Assembly: GCF_040216815.1 (NCBI RefSeq)
Contig: NZ_JAVJOJ010000001.1
Location: 129,229-193,228, forward strand
Origin: Sphingopyxis sp.
Lineage (GTDB): Bacteria; Pseudomonadota; Alphaproteobacteria; Sphingomonadales; Sphingomonadaceae
Direction of reading: 5' to 3'
Length of the DNA stretch: 64,000 nt
In this document: positions 29,760 through 39,042 of the stretch, piece after piece
Numbering within the stretch: the stretch's first letter is position 1
How the letters are laid out: the number at the start of each line of letters is the position of its first letter
Notes under the pieces: model-generated
Seen by the model: only the letters and a program-made list of their open reading frames with translations
Database searches by the model: none
What the model was told of the DNA's origin: nothing
Made by a program: the position numbers and the translations under genes

Positions 29760-30647
29760 ATGGACTGGGACAAGCTGCAATATTTCCTGTTCGTCGCGCG
29801 TCACGGCACGCTCGCGCGCGCCGCGGCGGCGTTGCACGTCGATGCAACAACGGTGAGCCGCCGGGTCAGCGCGCTCGAGGCGGCGCTCCAGCAGACCTTG
29901 TTCGAACGCACGCCGACGGGTTTCGTCCTGACCGCCGCGGGCCGCGCGCTCGTTCCGCACGCCGAAGCGATGGCGGCGGCGGCGGCGCGCATTCACATGG
30001 CGCCCGACGGTGGATCGGCGCTGTCGGGGCAATTGCGCGTCAGCGTATCCGAAGGTTTCGGCAACAGTTTCATCGCGCCGCGGCTGGGCGGGTTCGTCGC
30101 GGCGCACCCCGAACTCGAAATCGATCTCGTCGCCTCGTCGGGCTTCCTCAACCCCTCGCGGCGCGAGGCCGATATGGCGATTTTGCTCGCCCGGCCGCGC
30201 AAAGGCCCGCTGATCACGCGCAAGCTGTCGGACTACAGCCTCGGTCTCTACGCCCCCGCCGCCCGCCCCGACTGGCATGACGCGGTCGAGGCCGCGCCGC
30301 TTTCGCGCGCGGCCATTCCCGTGATCGGTTACATTCCCGACATCCTTTACGCGCCCGAACTCGACTATCTCGGCGAAATCGAGCCGGGACTGCGCGCCAA
30401 CATCCGGTCGTCGTCGATCCTGGCGCAGCGGCGAATGATCGCGGGGGGCGCGGGCATCGGCGTGCTCCCCTGTTTCCTCGCGGCAGGCGACCCGGCGCTG
30501 GTGCGCGTCCGGCCCGCACAGACGATCGCGCGCGCCTTCTGGCTCGCGCTCCACCGCGACGTCGCGCCGCAGCCGCGCATCCGCGCTTTTATCGACTGGC
30601 TCGATGCCGAGGTGCGCGAAAGCCGGGGCCTGCTGGTTCCGGTTTAG
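29760..30647 (+). CDS. LysR family transcriptional regulator (probable mms regulator)
   Basis: N-terminal HTH (TTVSRRVSALE..LF.R), LysR substrate domain, divergent from mmsA. Confidence 0.9.
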   Translation: MDWDKLQYFLFVARHGTLARAAAALHVDATTVSRRVSALEAALQQTLFERTPTGFVLTAAGRALVPHAEAMAAAAARIHMAPDGGSALSGQLRVSVSEGFGNSFIAPRLGGFVAAHPELEIDLVASSGFLNPSRREADMAILLARPRKGPLITRKLSDYSLGLYAPAARPDWHDAVEAAPLSRAAIPVIGYIPDILYAPELDYLGEIEPGLRANIRSSSILAQRRMIAGGAGIGVLPCFLAAGDPALVRVRPAQTIARAFWLALHRDVAPQPRIRAFIDWLDAEVRESRGLLVPV

Positions 30648-30669
30648 GCGGCGGGGGTTCAGCGTCAGG

Positions 30670-30703
30670 AAAAAAGAAGCCCGGCGAATTGCTCCGCCGG
30701 GCT
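30670..30703 (-). terminator. Rho-independent terminator
   Basis: AGCCCGGCG-N8-CGCCGGGCT, with a U tract on the minus strand. Confidence 0.75.
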
Positions 30704-30729
30704 CCGTTCTGTCCTTATGTCCGTTCCGC

Positions 30730-31458
30730 TTATTCGCGGCTTCCCAGAAGGTTGAGCAGGAAGGTGAACATGTTGACGAAGTCGAGATAGAGCGACAGCG
30801 CGCCCATCACCACCGATTTGCCAACAAAGTCGGTCCCGCGAACATAGAAATACATGCTCTTGATCTTCTGCGTGTCATAGGCGGTGAGGCCCGCGAAGAG
30901 CAGCACGCCGATCACGCTGATCGCCAGGCTGAGCGCGCTCGACTGCACGAAGAAGTTGATCAGCATCGCGACAAGAATGCCGACGACGCCCATGATCAGG
31001 AACGTGCCGAAACCCGACAGATCCTTCTTGGTCGTGTAGCCATAGAGGCTGAGCCCCAGGAAGGCCGCCGCCGTCGCGAAAAAGGTCGTTGCGATCGACG
31101 TTGCGGTAAAGGCCAGGAAAATCGTCGACATCGACAGGCCCATCACCGCGGCATAGACCCAGAAGATCGCCTGTGCGGCCGGGGTCGACAGCTTGTTGAT
31201 GCCGAAGCTCAGCACCAGCACGAACGCCAGCGGCGCGAGCATCACCACCCACATCAGCGGGGAGCCGATCATCGATGCGGTGAAGCCCGACTGAAAGGCC
31301 AGCAATGCGACGATGCCGGTCAGCAGCACGCCCGACGCCATATAGTTGTAAACCGACAGCATGTACGACCGCAGGCCGGCGTCGACGGCCTGGTCCATTG
31401 CGTTCGCGCCGGCGCCAAAACCGGAAGCCGCCATATTGGGGTCGTTCCAATTCGCCAT
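30730..31458 (-). CDS. Bax inhibitor-1/YccA family membrane protein
   Basis: GLRSYMLSVYNYM, AYDTQKIK and ALSLYLDFVNMF motifs; 7 TM. Confidence 0.92.
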   Translation of the reverse strand: MANWNDPNMAASGFGAGANAMDQAVDAGLRSYMLSVYNYMASGVLLTGIVALLAFQSGFTASMIGSPLMWVVMLAPLAFVLVLSFGINKLSTPAAQAIFWVYAAVMGLSMSTIFLAFTATSIATTFFATAAAFLGLSLYGYTTKKDLSGFGTFLIMGVVGILVAMLINFFVQSSALSLAISVIGVLLFAGLTAYDTQKIKSMYFYVRGTDFVGKSVVMGALSLYLDFVNMFTFLLNLLGSRE

Positions 31459-31502
31459 TTTTCATCTCCATAACCGGCCAGCCCATACCGGCCGTGCCCC
31501 CA

Positions 31503-31531
31503 ATATCGGGGCTTTCCTTCTCCGATTCAAG
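31503..31531 (-). promoter_or_regulatory. Putative RpoH (sigma32) promoter of the yccA-like gene
   Basis: Minus strand CTTGAA-N15-CCCGATAT. Confidence 0.55.
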
Positions 31532-31618
31532 CGAAACCGGACGGGGGGGACGGCTGTGATAATCGCCGGCGCAGCAGCAGGGTCGCCGCCCGCCACCGAA
31601 ACCCCTATGCTCGCCGAC

Positions 31619-32233
31619 ATGTCGACCCACCGCCTGTTCGTTGCATTGCGCCCGCCGAAGCCCATTCGCGCGCTTTTGCTGCGCGCGATGCACGGAATTG
31701 CGGGCGCGCGCTGGCAGGACGACGATCAGCTGCACCTGACGCTGCGCTTCATCGGCGAAGTCGACCATCACCGCGCCGAGGACATAGCGGCGGCGCTCGG
31801 TGCGCTCCACGCCCCCGCGGCGGCGGCGCGAATCGCGGGAGTGAGCCTGTTCGAACGGCACGGGCGGCCGCACATGATATGGGCCCGCGTGACGCCCGAA
31901 GACGCGCTTGCCGCGCTGCATCGCAGGGTCGAACAATGCCTGGCACGCGTCGGGATTGCGCCGGAAACGCGCACGTTTCTGCCGCATATCACGCTCGCAC
32001 GCCTCAACCGGGCGTCGGGGCCGGTGGCACCCTTTCTCGCGCTGAATGGCGACCTCGCGAGCGGTCCCTTCTCGTTCGACCATGTCATCCTCTACGAAAG
32101 CGAGCTGGGGCATGGCGGCTCGCGCTACCATCCGGTCGCGCGCTATCCGCTCGTCGAGCAGCGCGCGACGAGCGCCGACGCGACCGCGGCGACATCCTCC
32201 CACGTCGCTGCAAAGCCTTCGTCGCCGCCATAA
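31619..32233 (+). CDS. thpR: RNA 2',3'-cyclic phosphodiesterase (2H family)
   Basis: RLFVAL, HLTL and PHITL motifs. Confidence 0.9.
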   Translation: MSTHRLFVALRPPKPIRALLLRAMHGIAGARWQDDDQLHLTLRFIGEVDHHRAEDIAAALGALHAPAAAARIAGVSLFERHGRPHMIWARVTPEDALAALHRRVEQCLARVGIAPETRTFLPHITLARLNRASGPVAPFLALNGDLASGPFSFDHVILYESELGHGGSRYHPVARYPLVEQRATSADATAATSSHVAAKPSSPP

Positions 32234-32628
32234 TAGGGATCGCGCACCCCCTCGCCCGCGCGGCCGGGCAACAGGTCGAGCATCAGCATCAATTCGGCGG
32301 TCGCGTCGGCGGGCCGGATCGCCCGCGCATCGCGCAGATTCGTTTCGTCGGCGGCGAGGATCAGGTCGAAATCGTAGAAATCGTTGCGGGTCAGCTGGCG
32401 CGCGCGCAACGCCGATATGTCGATACCGCGGCGCCGCGCCTCCGCCTGGGCGCGGCGGTCGGGCGGGTGGCCGACGTGCCAGTCGCCGGTGCCCGCCGAA
32501 TCGAGAGTGACGTCGATCCCCGCTGCCGCGAAAGCCGCGCGCGCCGCCCCCTCGGCCAGCGGCGAGCGGCAGATGTTGCCGAGGCAGAGGAAAAGAATCG
32601 ACAGCGGTGCCGTAACGTCCTTGTTCAT
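32143..32628 (-). CDS. Low-molecular-weight protein-tyrosine phosphatase
   Basis: CLGNICRS P-loop, DSAGT and DPYY motifs. Confidence 0.92.
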   Translation of the reverse strand: MNKDVTAPLSILFLCLGNICRSPLAEGAARAAFAAAGIDVTLDSAGTGDWHVGHPPDRRAQAEARRRGIDISALRARQLTRNDFYDFDLILAADETNLRDARAIRPADATAELMLMLDLLPGRAGEGVRDPYYGGDEGFAATWEDVAAVASALVARCSTSG

Positions 32629-32646
32629 GTCACTCCCATCACACCA

Positions 32647-32668
32647 AAGTTGAACCGACTTTCAACTT
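32647..32668. promoter_or_regulatory. Palindromic operator in the divergent promoter
   Basis: AAGTTGAA-N6-TTCAACTT, perfect inverted repeat. Confidence 0.6.
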
Positions 32669-32732
32669 GCGCGATCGCGCGGCTCTGCTAGCGATGGCGC
32701 AACAGATAGAGGGTCAGGGAGAGAGTTGCCAT

Positions 32733-34343
32733 ATGGCCGATGCCGCGAGCGAGAACAGCATGGCGGGGGCGCCTGCACCCGCCGAACCCAAAGCCACCGG
32801 ATATAGCTGGTATGTGCTGTCGGTCCTCGTCGTCGTCTATATCCTCAATTTCATCGACCGGCAGATCATCAGCATCCTGGCGGTCGACATCAAGGCCGAC
32901 CTGGGGCTCAGCGATTCGGACATGGGTTTCCTTGGCGGCGCGGCCTTTGCGGTCTTTTATGCGCTGTTCGGCATTCCGCTCGGCCGCCTCGCCGACAATT
33001 GGAACCGCGTAAAGCTGCTGTCGATCGGGCTGACCTTGTGGTCGGCGATGACCGCGGCGTCGGGTTTCGCCTATGACCGGCTGACGCTGACGCTCGCGCG
33101 CATGGGCGTCGGCGTCGGCGAGGCGACCGCCAGCCCGACCGCTTACTCGCTGATTTCCGACTATTTCCCCAAAAGGCAGAAAGCGACCGCGCTCGCCATC
33201 TATTCCTCCGGGCTCTACCTCGGCGGCGGCGTGTCGTTGTTCATCGGCGCGGTGATCGTCGAAAGCTGGAACCGCGCCTATCCCGCCGGCGGACCGCTGG
33301 GGCTCGTCGGGTGGCAGGCGGCGTTTCTGGCGGTCGGCATTCCGGGGCTTATGCTCGCGCTGTGGGTCGCGAGCCTTCGCGAACCGATCCGCGGCGCGAT
33401 GGACGGCTCACCCGCCGCCAGTTCGCCGACCCCTTTCCGCGAGTTCGGCAAGGATCTGTCGATGATCGTCCCGCCGCTGACGCTGTGGGGCGCGTGGAAG
33501 CGCGGCCCGGCAGCGCTTGCGATCAATGTCGGGACCGCCGCCGCGCTCGCCGCCTTTGCCTGGTGGATGATCGAGCTGACGGGAAATTTGCCGCAATGGT
33601 CGGCGGTCGCGCTCGGCTATTATGCCGTTTTTTCGTGGGCGAGCGCGCTGCGCGCCAACGACCCCGCGACCTTTCGCCTGATCTGGGGCACACCCGCCTT
33701 CATCTGCACGACGCTCGGCTATGGCCTCGTCGCGCTCGCCGCCTATGCGCTCGCCTTCTGGTCGGCGCCCTATGCCGAGGTCGTGCTTGGCCTGCCCAAG
33801 CAGGAACTCGCGTCGATCCTCGGCGCCAATGGCGCGCTCAGCGGTTTCATCGGCGTCATCCTCGGCGGCCGCGCCGCCGATGCGCTGCGCGCCCGAAACC
33901 CGTCGGGACGCATTTTGATGATCCTGTTCGGCGTGATCGCGCCGATCATCCCGATCTGGATCGGCTACACCACCGAAAGCGCGGTGCTTTTCTATACGAT
34001 GAACTTCCTCGCCGGGCTGTTCGGCGCCGCCGCGCTTGGCGCGGCTGCGGCGACGACGCAGGATCTGGTGATGCCGCAGATGCGCGGCACCGCGACCGCC
34101 GCCTTCTTCCTGGGCACGACGCTGATCGGCCTGTCGTTCGGCCCCTATATGGTGGGGCAGATTTCGGACCTGACGGGGACGGTGGTGAACGGCCAGCCGG
34201 TCGGCAATCTGCGCACGGGCATATTGTCGCTGATCGGGGTGGCGCCGGTCGCGGTCGCGTTACTGCTCTATGCCTATCGCGCGCTGCCCGAGGCCGAGGC
34301 GACGATCGCCGAGCGCGCGCGCGCGGCGACCGCCCCGGCCTGA
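32733..34343 (+). CDS. MFS transporter (spinster-like)
   Basis: NFIDRQII, GRLADNWNR and GVGEA motifs. Confidence 0.88.
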   Translation: MADAASENSMAGAPAPAEPKATGYSWYVLSVLVVVYILNFIDRQIISILAVDIKADLGLSDSDMGFLGGAAFAVFYALFGIPLGRLADNWNRVKLLSIGLTLWSAMTAASGFAYDRLTLTLARMGVGVGEATASPTAYSLISDYFPKRQKATALAIYSSGLYLGGGVSLFIGAVIVESWNRAYPAGGPLGLVGWQAAFLAVGIPGLMLALWVASLREPIRGAMDGSPAASSPTPFREFGKDLSMIVPPLTLWGAWKRGPAALAINVGTAAALAAFAWWMIELTGNLPQWSAVALGYYAVFSWASALRANDPATFRLIWGTPAFICTTLGYGLVALAAYALAFWSAPYAEVVLGLPKQELASILGANGALSGFIGVILGGRAADALRARNPSGRILMILFGVIAPIIPIWIGYTTESAVLFYTMNFLAGLFGAAALGAAAATTQDLVMPQMRGTATAAFFLGTTLIGLSFGPYMVGQISDLTGTVVNGQPVGNLRTGILSLIGVAPVAVALLLYAYRALPEAEATIAERARAATAPA

Positions 34344-34374
34344 TCGGCCCTGGCCTGATCGGGACGCGGCGGCG

Positions 34375-34947
34375 TCAGTCGCCGCCGCCGCGCACGATCA
34401 CCCCGCACGCTACGCGGCCGCCGCTGTTGCCGCTGGGGTCGGTCTTCATATCGTCGGGCCCGGCGTGGATCACGAAAGCGGCGCCATCGGCATCGAGCAG
34501 CCCGCCGTCGCCCTCGAAACGCGATCCCACGAGGCGCAGCGTCGCGCGGCCGATCTGTTCGGGTTCGACGACCAGATTGGGCAGGTCGCCATGATGCGCA
34601 CCCATCGGATTGTCGCGGCCGTGCTGCGCGCCCGTGGGGTTCCAGTGGCCGCCCGCGCTCGCGAAATCGGGCGGCGTGCAGGTGCCGGTGGTATGGACGT
34701 GCATGCCATAGGTGCCGGGTCCGAAACCGCGCGCGACCAACTCGATGCGAAGCCCGCTGGCATCGCGATAAATGTCGGCGCGGCCGCGATCGGCCCCGCT
34801 GGCATCGTAAAGCTGGGCGTGGGCATCGGGCGGCGGCAGCGTGTTGGCCGGCGCCTTGGCGGTTCCGGCGCACCCCGAAAGCAGCAGCGCCCCTGCGATG
34901 GCGCCGCCCAGCGCGGCAAATTGTTTGTGCTGCGAACCGATCGTCAT
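34375..34947 (-). CDS. sodC: Cu/Zn superoxide dismutase, lipoprotein
   Basis: Lipobox LSGC; HVH, GHWN, HG, HHGDL, IH and GRVACG ligands. Confidence 0.92.
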   Translation of the reverse strand: MTIGSQHKQFAALGGAIAGALLLSGCAGTAKAPANTLPPPDAHAQLYDASGADRGRADIYRDASGLRIELVARGFGPGTYGMHVHTTGTCTPPDFASAGGHWNPTGAQHGRDNPMGAHHGDLPNLVVEPEQIGRATLRLVGSRFEGDGGLLDADGAAFVIHAGPDDMKTDPSGNSGGRVACGVIVRGGGD

Positions 34948-35107
34948 TGGCTGCTCCCTATTGTCTGTCGGGATCAGAACGCCGCGACGGCGCGCTTCGA
35001 TCCCCGCGCGGAAACGATGCCGGTTTTTGGCTCCGGTTCCAAGGCTATAGTGCCGGGCGAAACGCGGCGCCGCGCGTTGCGGTGCAAAAGGGACGGCCCC
35101 GGACAAA

Positions 35108-35133
35108 CAAAGGGGGCCGAACGACCCCCTTTG
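35108..35133 (-). terminator. Terminator downstream of dcp
   Basis: CAAAGGGGG-N8-CCCCCTTTG hairpin. Confidence 0.65.
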
Positions 35134-35153
35134 CCTCCCCGGTCTGATTGACC

Positions 35154-37337
35154 TTATTCGGTCGGGAAACCGCGCTTTTTTAGCAGCGCCTTCACATCGG
35201 GATCGCGGCCGCGAAAGGCGCGATAGGCCTCGGCACGGTCGGTCTCATTGCCGGTCATCAACAGGATGGTGCGGAACCTGTCGGCGACGCTGCGGTCCCA
35301 CGGCCCGCCCGCTTCGGTGAACGCCGCCCAGGTGTCGGCGTCCATCGTTTCGGACCAGAGGTAGGAATAATAACCCGCCGAATAGCTGTCCGAGCTGAAC
35401 AAATGGCCGAACTGCGGCAGGCGGTGCCGCATCACGATTTCCTTCGGCATCCCGATTTCGGCCAGCGTCTCGCGCTCGAACTTGTCGACGTCGGCGGGCG
35501 GCACCTTGCGGTTATGCAGCTTCATGTCGACGATCGCGCTCGCCAGATATTCGACCGTCGAAAATCCCTGGTTGAACGTGTCCGACGCCAATATCTTGTC
35601 GACCAGCGCCTGCGGGATCGGCTCGCCCGTCTTGTAATGCGTCGCATATTTCGACAGCACTTCGGGGGTCATCAGCCAGTTTTCGTTCACCTGGCTCGGA
35701 TATTCGACGAAGTCGCGCGGCACCCCGGCGAGCGCCGGATATTTGACCTGCTGGAGCAGGTAATGGATGCCGTGACCGAATTCGTGGAACAAGGTCTGCG
35801 CGTCGTCGAGGCTGATCAGCGTCGGTTCGCCCTTCGCCGCCTCGGTGAAATTATTGTTGTTCGACGCGAGCACATTGCGTTCGCCGCCGAGTGACTGCTG
35901 GCTGCGATAGGTCGTCATCCACGCGCCCGACCGCTTGCCGTCGCGCGCGAAATTGTCGAGGTAAAAGACGCCGACATTCTCGTTTGTCTTGAGGTTATAA
36001 ACCTCGAACGTCCGGACCTTGGGATCGAACACCGGGATCGTTCCGGTATTTTCCCTGAACCCCAGATCGTAAAGCCGGCCCGCCGACCAGAACATGCCGT
36101 CGACGAGCTTGTCGAGCTGGAGATAGGGTTTCACCTCGCTTTCATCGAGATCGTATTTCGCCTTGCGCACCTTTTCGGCGTAATAGCGGTAATCCCACGG
36201 CTCGATGGTGATCTTGGGGCCCTTGCCCGCCTTGGCCTCGGCGTCGGCGATCGCCTGCATATCGGCGACCTCTTCCTTCACGCGCGCGACGGCCGCGGGC
36301 CAGACCTTCATCATCAGGCCCATCGCATTTTCAGGCGTCTTCGCCATCGTGTCGGCCATGCGATAATGCGCGTGCGTCGGGAAACCGAGCAGTTCGGCGC
36401 GCTGCTGGCGCAGCTTCAGGATTTCGGCGATCGTTGCGTTCGTATCATTGGCGTCGCCATTATCGCCGCGATTCACGAACGCGCGCCACACTTTTTCGCG
36501 CAATTTGCGGTTGGTCGCATTCTGGAGCACCGGCTGCGCCGACGAGCGCGTGTTTTTGATCGCCCAGTGGCCGGCGTGTCCATTGGCCTCTGCCGCCGCG
36601 GCAAGCGAAGCGATGAACGCCGGGTCGAGCCCGTCGAGTTCGGCCTTGTCGGTGACGAAGGTGTAGAGTTTTTCGTCACCGAGCAGCTTCGACGAAAAGG
36701 CCGAAAAGAGCCCCTCCAGCTTCGCGTTCATCGCGACCAGCTTTTCCTTGTCGGCGGCCGACAGATTGGCGCCGTCGCGCACCATTTCGTCATAGCTGCG
36801 CTCGACGATGCGGATCTGCTGTGCGTCGAGTCCGCTCGTGTGGCGCTTGTCGTACACCGCCTTGTAGCGCGCGAAAAGCTTGGGCTCCAGGAACAGCTCG
36901 GTGAAAAAGGTGGTGAGCTTGGGGCTCCATTCGGCGTCGATCTCTTCGACCCGGTCGCTCGACTTGTTCGACGTCTGCACGCCCCACAGCGCATAGACGC
37001 GCTCCATCGTGTCGCCCGCAAGCATCATCGGCACATGCGTATTTTCGAACGTCGGTTCGGCGGGATTGTCGATCACCGCCTGCACCTCGGCCTTCACTTC
37101 GGCCATCGCCTTCTGGAAGGCGTCGGGGAAAAGCTCGGGGTCGAGCTTGTCCCACGGCGGCACCCCTTCAAAGGGACCGGTCCAGGATGCAAGCAGCGGG
37201 TTCTGGCCCGCGGGGGTCGCAGCGGCGACAGGTTCGGCGGCGATGGCAATGCTCATCTGGCTATAACCCATGATCATCGCGGTGGATGCAAGCCAGATCG
37301 GCAGCTTGCGGACAAGGCGGGGCGCATTGCGCAGCAT
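35154..37337 (-). CDS. dcp: M3A metallopeptidase (peptidyl-dipeptidase Dcp-like), exported
   Basis: FHEFGH, DFVEYPSQ and GYYSY motifs; signal peptide. Confidence 0.9.
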   Translation of the reverse strand: MLRNAPRLVRKLPIWLASTAMIMGYSQMSIAIAAEPVAAATPAGQNPLLASWTGPFEGVPPWDKLDPELFPDAFQKAMAEVKAEVQAVIDNPAEPTFENTHVPMMLAGDTMERVYALWGVQTSNKSSDRVEEIDAEWSPKLTTFFTELFLEPKLFARYKAVYDKRHTSGLDAQQIRIVERSYDEMVRDGANLSAADKEKLVAMNAKLEGLFSAFSSKLLGDEKLYTFVTDKAELDGLDPAFIASLAAAAEANGHAGHWAIKNTRSSAQPVLQNATNRKLREKVWRAFVNRGDNGDANDTNATIAEILKLRQQRAELLGFPTHAHYRMADTMAKTPENAMGLMMKVWPAAVARVKEEVADMQAIADAEAKAGKGPKITIEPWDYRYYAEKVRKAKYDLDESEVKPYLQLDKLVDGMFWSAGRLYDLGFRENTGTIPVFDPKVRTFEVYNLKTNENVGVFYLDNFARDGKRSGAWMTTYRSQQSLGGERNVLASNNNNFTEAAKGEPTLISLDDAQTLFHEFGHGIHYLLQQVKYPALAGVPRDFVEYPSQVNENWLMTPEVLSKYATHYKTGEPIPQALVDKILASDTFNQGFSTVEYLASAIVDMKLHNRKVPPADVDKFERETLAEIGMPKEIVMRHRLPQFGHLFSSDSYSAGYYSYLWSETMDADTWAAFTEAGGPWDRSVADRFRTILLMTGNETDRAEAYRAFRGRDPDVKALLKKRGFPTE

Positions 37338-37471
37338 ATTCGGAGTCTCCCGGTGGATAAGGTTTCGGATGAAACCATGTCGGGAGGTGGATTAACCAGA
37401 TATGACAGGGGTGTGCAAGAGCGAGACCGGCTACGCAGATCCTTCCCATCGCTACGCGACAGGGAGGGGGT

Positions 37472-38341
37472 TCAGCCGCCGAACATTTCCTGCGGTAGCC
37501 CCGGCACCTCTACCCCGAAGGTGAAGATGCCCCCCGCATGCGGCTGGGCCTTGCGCTCTTCGTCGCTCAGATTCTTGCCCGCACTGGTGACGAAAGCGGT
37601 TTTGAGGTCGGCTCCGCCAAAAGCGATCATCGTCGGGCGCTGCACCGGCAGCTCGACCGTCTGGAGCAATTCGCCCGTCGGCGACAGGCGGACCACGCGC
37701 CAGCCGTCCCACAGCGCCGACCAATAGCATCCCTCGGCATCGACCGCAGCGCCATCGGGGCGGCCCTTCCCTTCTTCAAAGGCGTGAAACAGGCGTTTGC
37801 CGCCCAGCGTTCCCGTTGCGGGGTCGACGTCATAAGCGTCGATACGGTGCGTCGGCGTGTCGGCGTGATAGAAAATCCGCCCGTCGGGGCTGAACGCCGC
37901 ACCGTTGCTCGTCATCAGCCCGCCAAAGATTTGGGTGAGCGTGCCGTCGGGGCCCAGCCGATACAGCGCCGCGTCGCGGCGGGACTTGTCGCTCGTCAGG
38001 CTGCCGACCCACAGCCGCCCCGCGGCATCGACGCGCCCGTCGTTGAAGCGCTGGTGCGGTTTATCGCCAAGCAGCGCGGGCCCGAAAGCGCGCGGCGCGG
38101 CGCCCCAGCGGTCGATCAGCGCGCAGCCGTTTTCGAGTGCGGCAACGAGCCCGCCCCCGGCACGCGGCGCGATGCAGCCCACCTGTTCGGCAAGGCCCAT
38201 CAACTCGTCGCCGCCCGTCGCGGGATCGGTGCGGTGAATTTTGCGGCCCTCGATGTCGACCCAATAGAGGCGGGCTTCGGCGGCGTTCCAGACGGGCGAT
38301 TCGCCGAGCAGCGCGCCGGCGTCGAGGAGCAGTTGAACCAT
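37472..38341 (-). CDS. SMP-30/gluconolactonase/LRE family protein
   Basis: LGESPVW, RFNDG, SNG and GRPDG motifs. Confidence 0.9.
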   Translation of the reverse strand: MVQLLLDAGALLGESPVWNAAEARLYWVDIEGRKIHRTDPATGGDELMGLAEQVGCIAPRAGGGLVAALENGCALIDRWGAAPRAFGPALLGDKPHQRFNDGRVDAAGRLWVGSLTSDKSRRDAALYRLGPDGTLTQIFGGLMTSNGAAFSPDGRIFYHADTPTHRIDAYDVDPATGTLGGKRLFHAFEEGKGRPDGAAVDAEGCYWSALWDGWRVVRLSPTGELLQTVELPVQRPTMIAFGGADLKTAFVTSAGKNLSDEERKAQPHAGGIFTFGVEVPGLPQEMFGG

Positions 38342-38450
38342 GGCCGGCTCATAGCGCGGGGCGGCCGGGGTGCCCAGCGGCTGCAATGCTATTCTGCGAA
38401 AACCGCGAACAGGGGCGCTGCGGTGGGGCGCCGAACGTGCTTTGTGAATC

Positions 38451-38478
38451 CGTCATCCCGGCGAAGGCCGGGATGACG
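38451..38478. repeat. CGTC-tagged perfect hairpin (collapsed REP doublet)
   Basis: CGTCATCCCGGC-GAAG-GCCGGGATGACG, 12 bp perfect stem. Confidence 0.85.
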
Positions 38479-38491
38479 ATAAGCGTAGCGG

Positions 38492-38980
38492 TTAATCCCG
38501 TGCGTGTTCGCTCGACGGCTCTTCGGCCGCCGCCTTCGCCTTTTCCTTCGGCTTTTCCTTCTCGAAAATCTTGATCAGTTCCTTTTTGCGCGCCTCGGAC
38601 AAATCCTTCGCCGCCGCGGGAAACATCTCATCCTCCTCCTCGTCGATATGGTGGAGGTAACGATCCTTCATCGTGCGAAAGCGCGTCAGCCAACCGCTCG
38701 ATGAAAAATCCATCTCGTATAATTCGGTCAGGAAATCCTCGATTTCCTTATGTTCAGCAACGCTGTGCTGCGCCTCGTCGCGAAGGTCGGGATCGGCGAG
38801 CATCGTCGCATAAAGCGACATTTCCTCCGATGCTGCGTGCGCCGTCACCTCGACGCGAAACGCCTCGAACAGTTTGCGGCGTTCTTCGCTGTCGCCCTGC
38901 GTCGCGTCGATACGATCGAGCAACTCGCGGTGGCGGTCGTGATCGGCCTTCAGCCGCGCGAAAATTGTGGTTTCGGTCAT
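38492..38980 (-). CDS. Hemerythrin/HHE cation-binding domain protein
   Basis: DHDRH, AHAASEE, EH and HHIDEEE ligand pattern. Confidence 0.85.
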   Translation of the reverse strand: MTETTIFARLKADHDRHRELLDRIDATQGDSEERRKLFEAFRVEVTAHAASEEMSLYATMLADPDLRDEAQHSVAEHKEIEDFLTELYEMDFSSSGWLTRFRTMKDRYLHHIDEEEDEMFPAAAKDLSEARKKELIKIFEKEKPKEKAKAAAEEPSSEHARD

Positions 38981-39013
38981 TATCGTCTCCGTCCGTTGGT
39001 CGGTCGAAGACAG

Positions 39014-39038
39014 AACGAAGCGCGGCCCGAGGGGTTCC
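39014..39038 (-). promoter_or_regulatory. EcfG/SigT general-stress promoter
   Basis: Minus strand GGAAC-N16-CGTT, 33 bp upstream of the hemerythrin ATG. Confidence 0.8.
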
Positions 39039-39042
39039 GGCG

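Noticed and set aside
34975-35045. EcfG promoter for sodC
   Set aside because: GGAAC to CGTT spacing is 19 nt; the alternative has a mismatched -35
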